Below are positions 61,428-61,900 of a stretch of DNA of 61,900 bases, piece after piece (the first letter of the stretch is position 1; each line of letters begins with the position of its first letter). The notes beneath the pieces are model-generated. The model was not told the origin of the DNA. It did no database searches and saw only the letters and a list, made by a program, of their open reading frames with translations. The position numbers and the translations under genes were made by a program. The DNA is from a bacterium (lineage in GTDB: Bacteria; SZUA-182; DTGQ01; JAFGSM01), in the NCBI GenBank assembly GCA_049472355.1, contig JBLIRP010000008.1, forward strand, positions 1-61,900, in the 5' to 3' direction.

Positions 61428-61643
61428 CTACAGTTTTATTTTCTCATAGAGAGATTTTTTTGCATCAATAATATCCTGTTCAGTAATTTCTATACCTTTG
61501 AGGATACCTTTGAGCGAAATACTTTTTCCTCCGGATGGTGAAATGCCTTTGAGAATAGATAACTTCAGGTTCATAACATCTTTTTCAATATCTTCGATTT
61601 TATGGAGAATTTCATTAGTCGTTATTGGAGATGTATGCTTCAT
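61428..61643 (-). CDS. Putative antitoxin (71 aa)
   Basis: SLKGILKG..I...DI..AKKSL, similar to 53609-53830; upstream of a PIN pseudogene. Confidence 0.75.
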   Translation of the reverse strand: MKHTSPITTNEILHKIEDIEKDVMNLKLSILKGISPSGGKSISLKGILKGIEITEQDIIDAKKSLYEKIKL

Positions 61644-61728
61644 GAAGTTTACCCCCTTTTATTTTAATAATTTATCTTAAGGCGAATTTTTTTGTCAAGG
61701 AATGGTTAAAGGGGAACCCTTTTCGGGA

Positions 61729-61804
61729 GAAATAATCCTCCAGCGTGTCGATGAAGCATCCCCTTTTAGATGAAATCATCCTCGATCGTGTCGATGAAGC
61801 AACC
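61729..61804 (-). repeat. Two tandem copies of the GCFIDT-coding unit
   Basis: GCFIDTIEDDFI-stop followed by an untranslated GCFIDTLEDYF copy. Confidence 0.8.
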
Positions 61805-61900
61805 GGTGCCTCCAAAACTCAGCGCGTTGATGCCCGCGGTGCTCGCTGCCCGGGATCGCACGCTCTCGTCATCAGCGGAATCCACGGACGTCACCACGTA
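61766..61900 (-). CDS. C-terminal 44 aa of a third C25-family paralogue, continuing beyond the window
   Basis: YVVTSVDSADDESVRSRAASTAGINALSFGGTGCFIDTIEDDFI-stop; DNA nearly identical to 54599-54723. Confidence 0.85.
   Translation of the reverse strand, partial: YVVTSVDSADDESVRSRAASTAGINALSFGGTGCFIDTIEDDFI

Overview
A 61.9-kb, mostly GC-rich bacterial chromosomal segment, probably from a diderm anaerobe (Ahb heme pathway, Wza/Wzc, sigma-54 motifs; the taxon cannot be fixed from this window). From left to right: (1) two leftward genes for aromatic/Pro-rich secreted proteins behind a sigma-54-like promoter. (2) Three radical SAM genes (AhbD-like, TIGR03960/TIGR03936 fusion, PflX-like) and a membrane protein gene. 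(3) A ~26-kb surface-glycan locus: WbqC, PIG-L, DegT, WecA/TagO-like, HD-GYP, an FG-GAP-Wza fusion, Wzc, an O-antigen ligase/polymerase, Wzm/Wzt, Gmd, an RmlD-like reductase, six GT2/GT4 glycosyltransferases and four methyltransferases. (4) A split RiPP-like cassette: a radical SAM/SPASM gene and an S26 peptidase gene at the end of the glycan operon, and 14 kb later PqqD, a 56-aa Cys-rich precursor peptide missing from the ORF track (49433-49603) and an HprK/ScmC-like P-loop protein. (5) A family of giant modular gingipain-like (C25) surface proteins (3835 aa, ~1903 aa, and the tail of a third) with DUF2341/LamG modules and a short C-terminal GCFIDT motif, whose coding DNA is tandemly repeated after two of the genes. 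(6) Between these genes, an accessory zone with MNT-HEPN, PIN toxin-antitoxin modules (three with dead toxins), an Rpn nuclease with an internal start, gene 3'-end remnants and a MITE. No rRNA, tRNA or CRISPR array was seen. All family assignments come from motif recognition by eye; no database searches were run.
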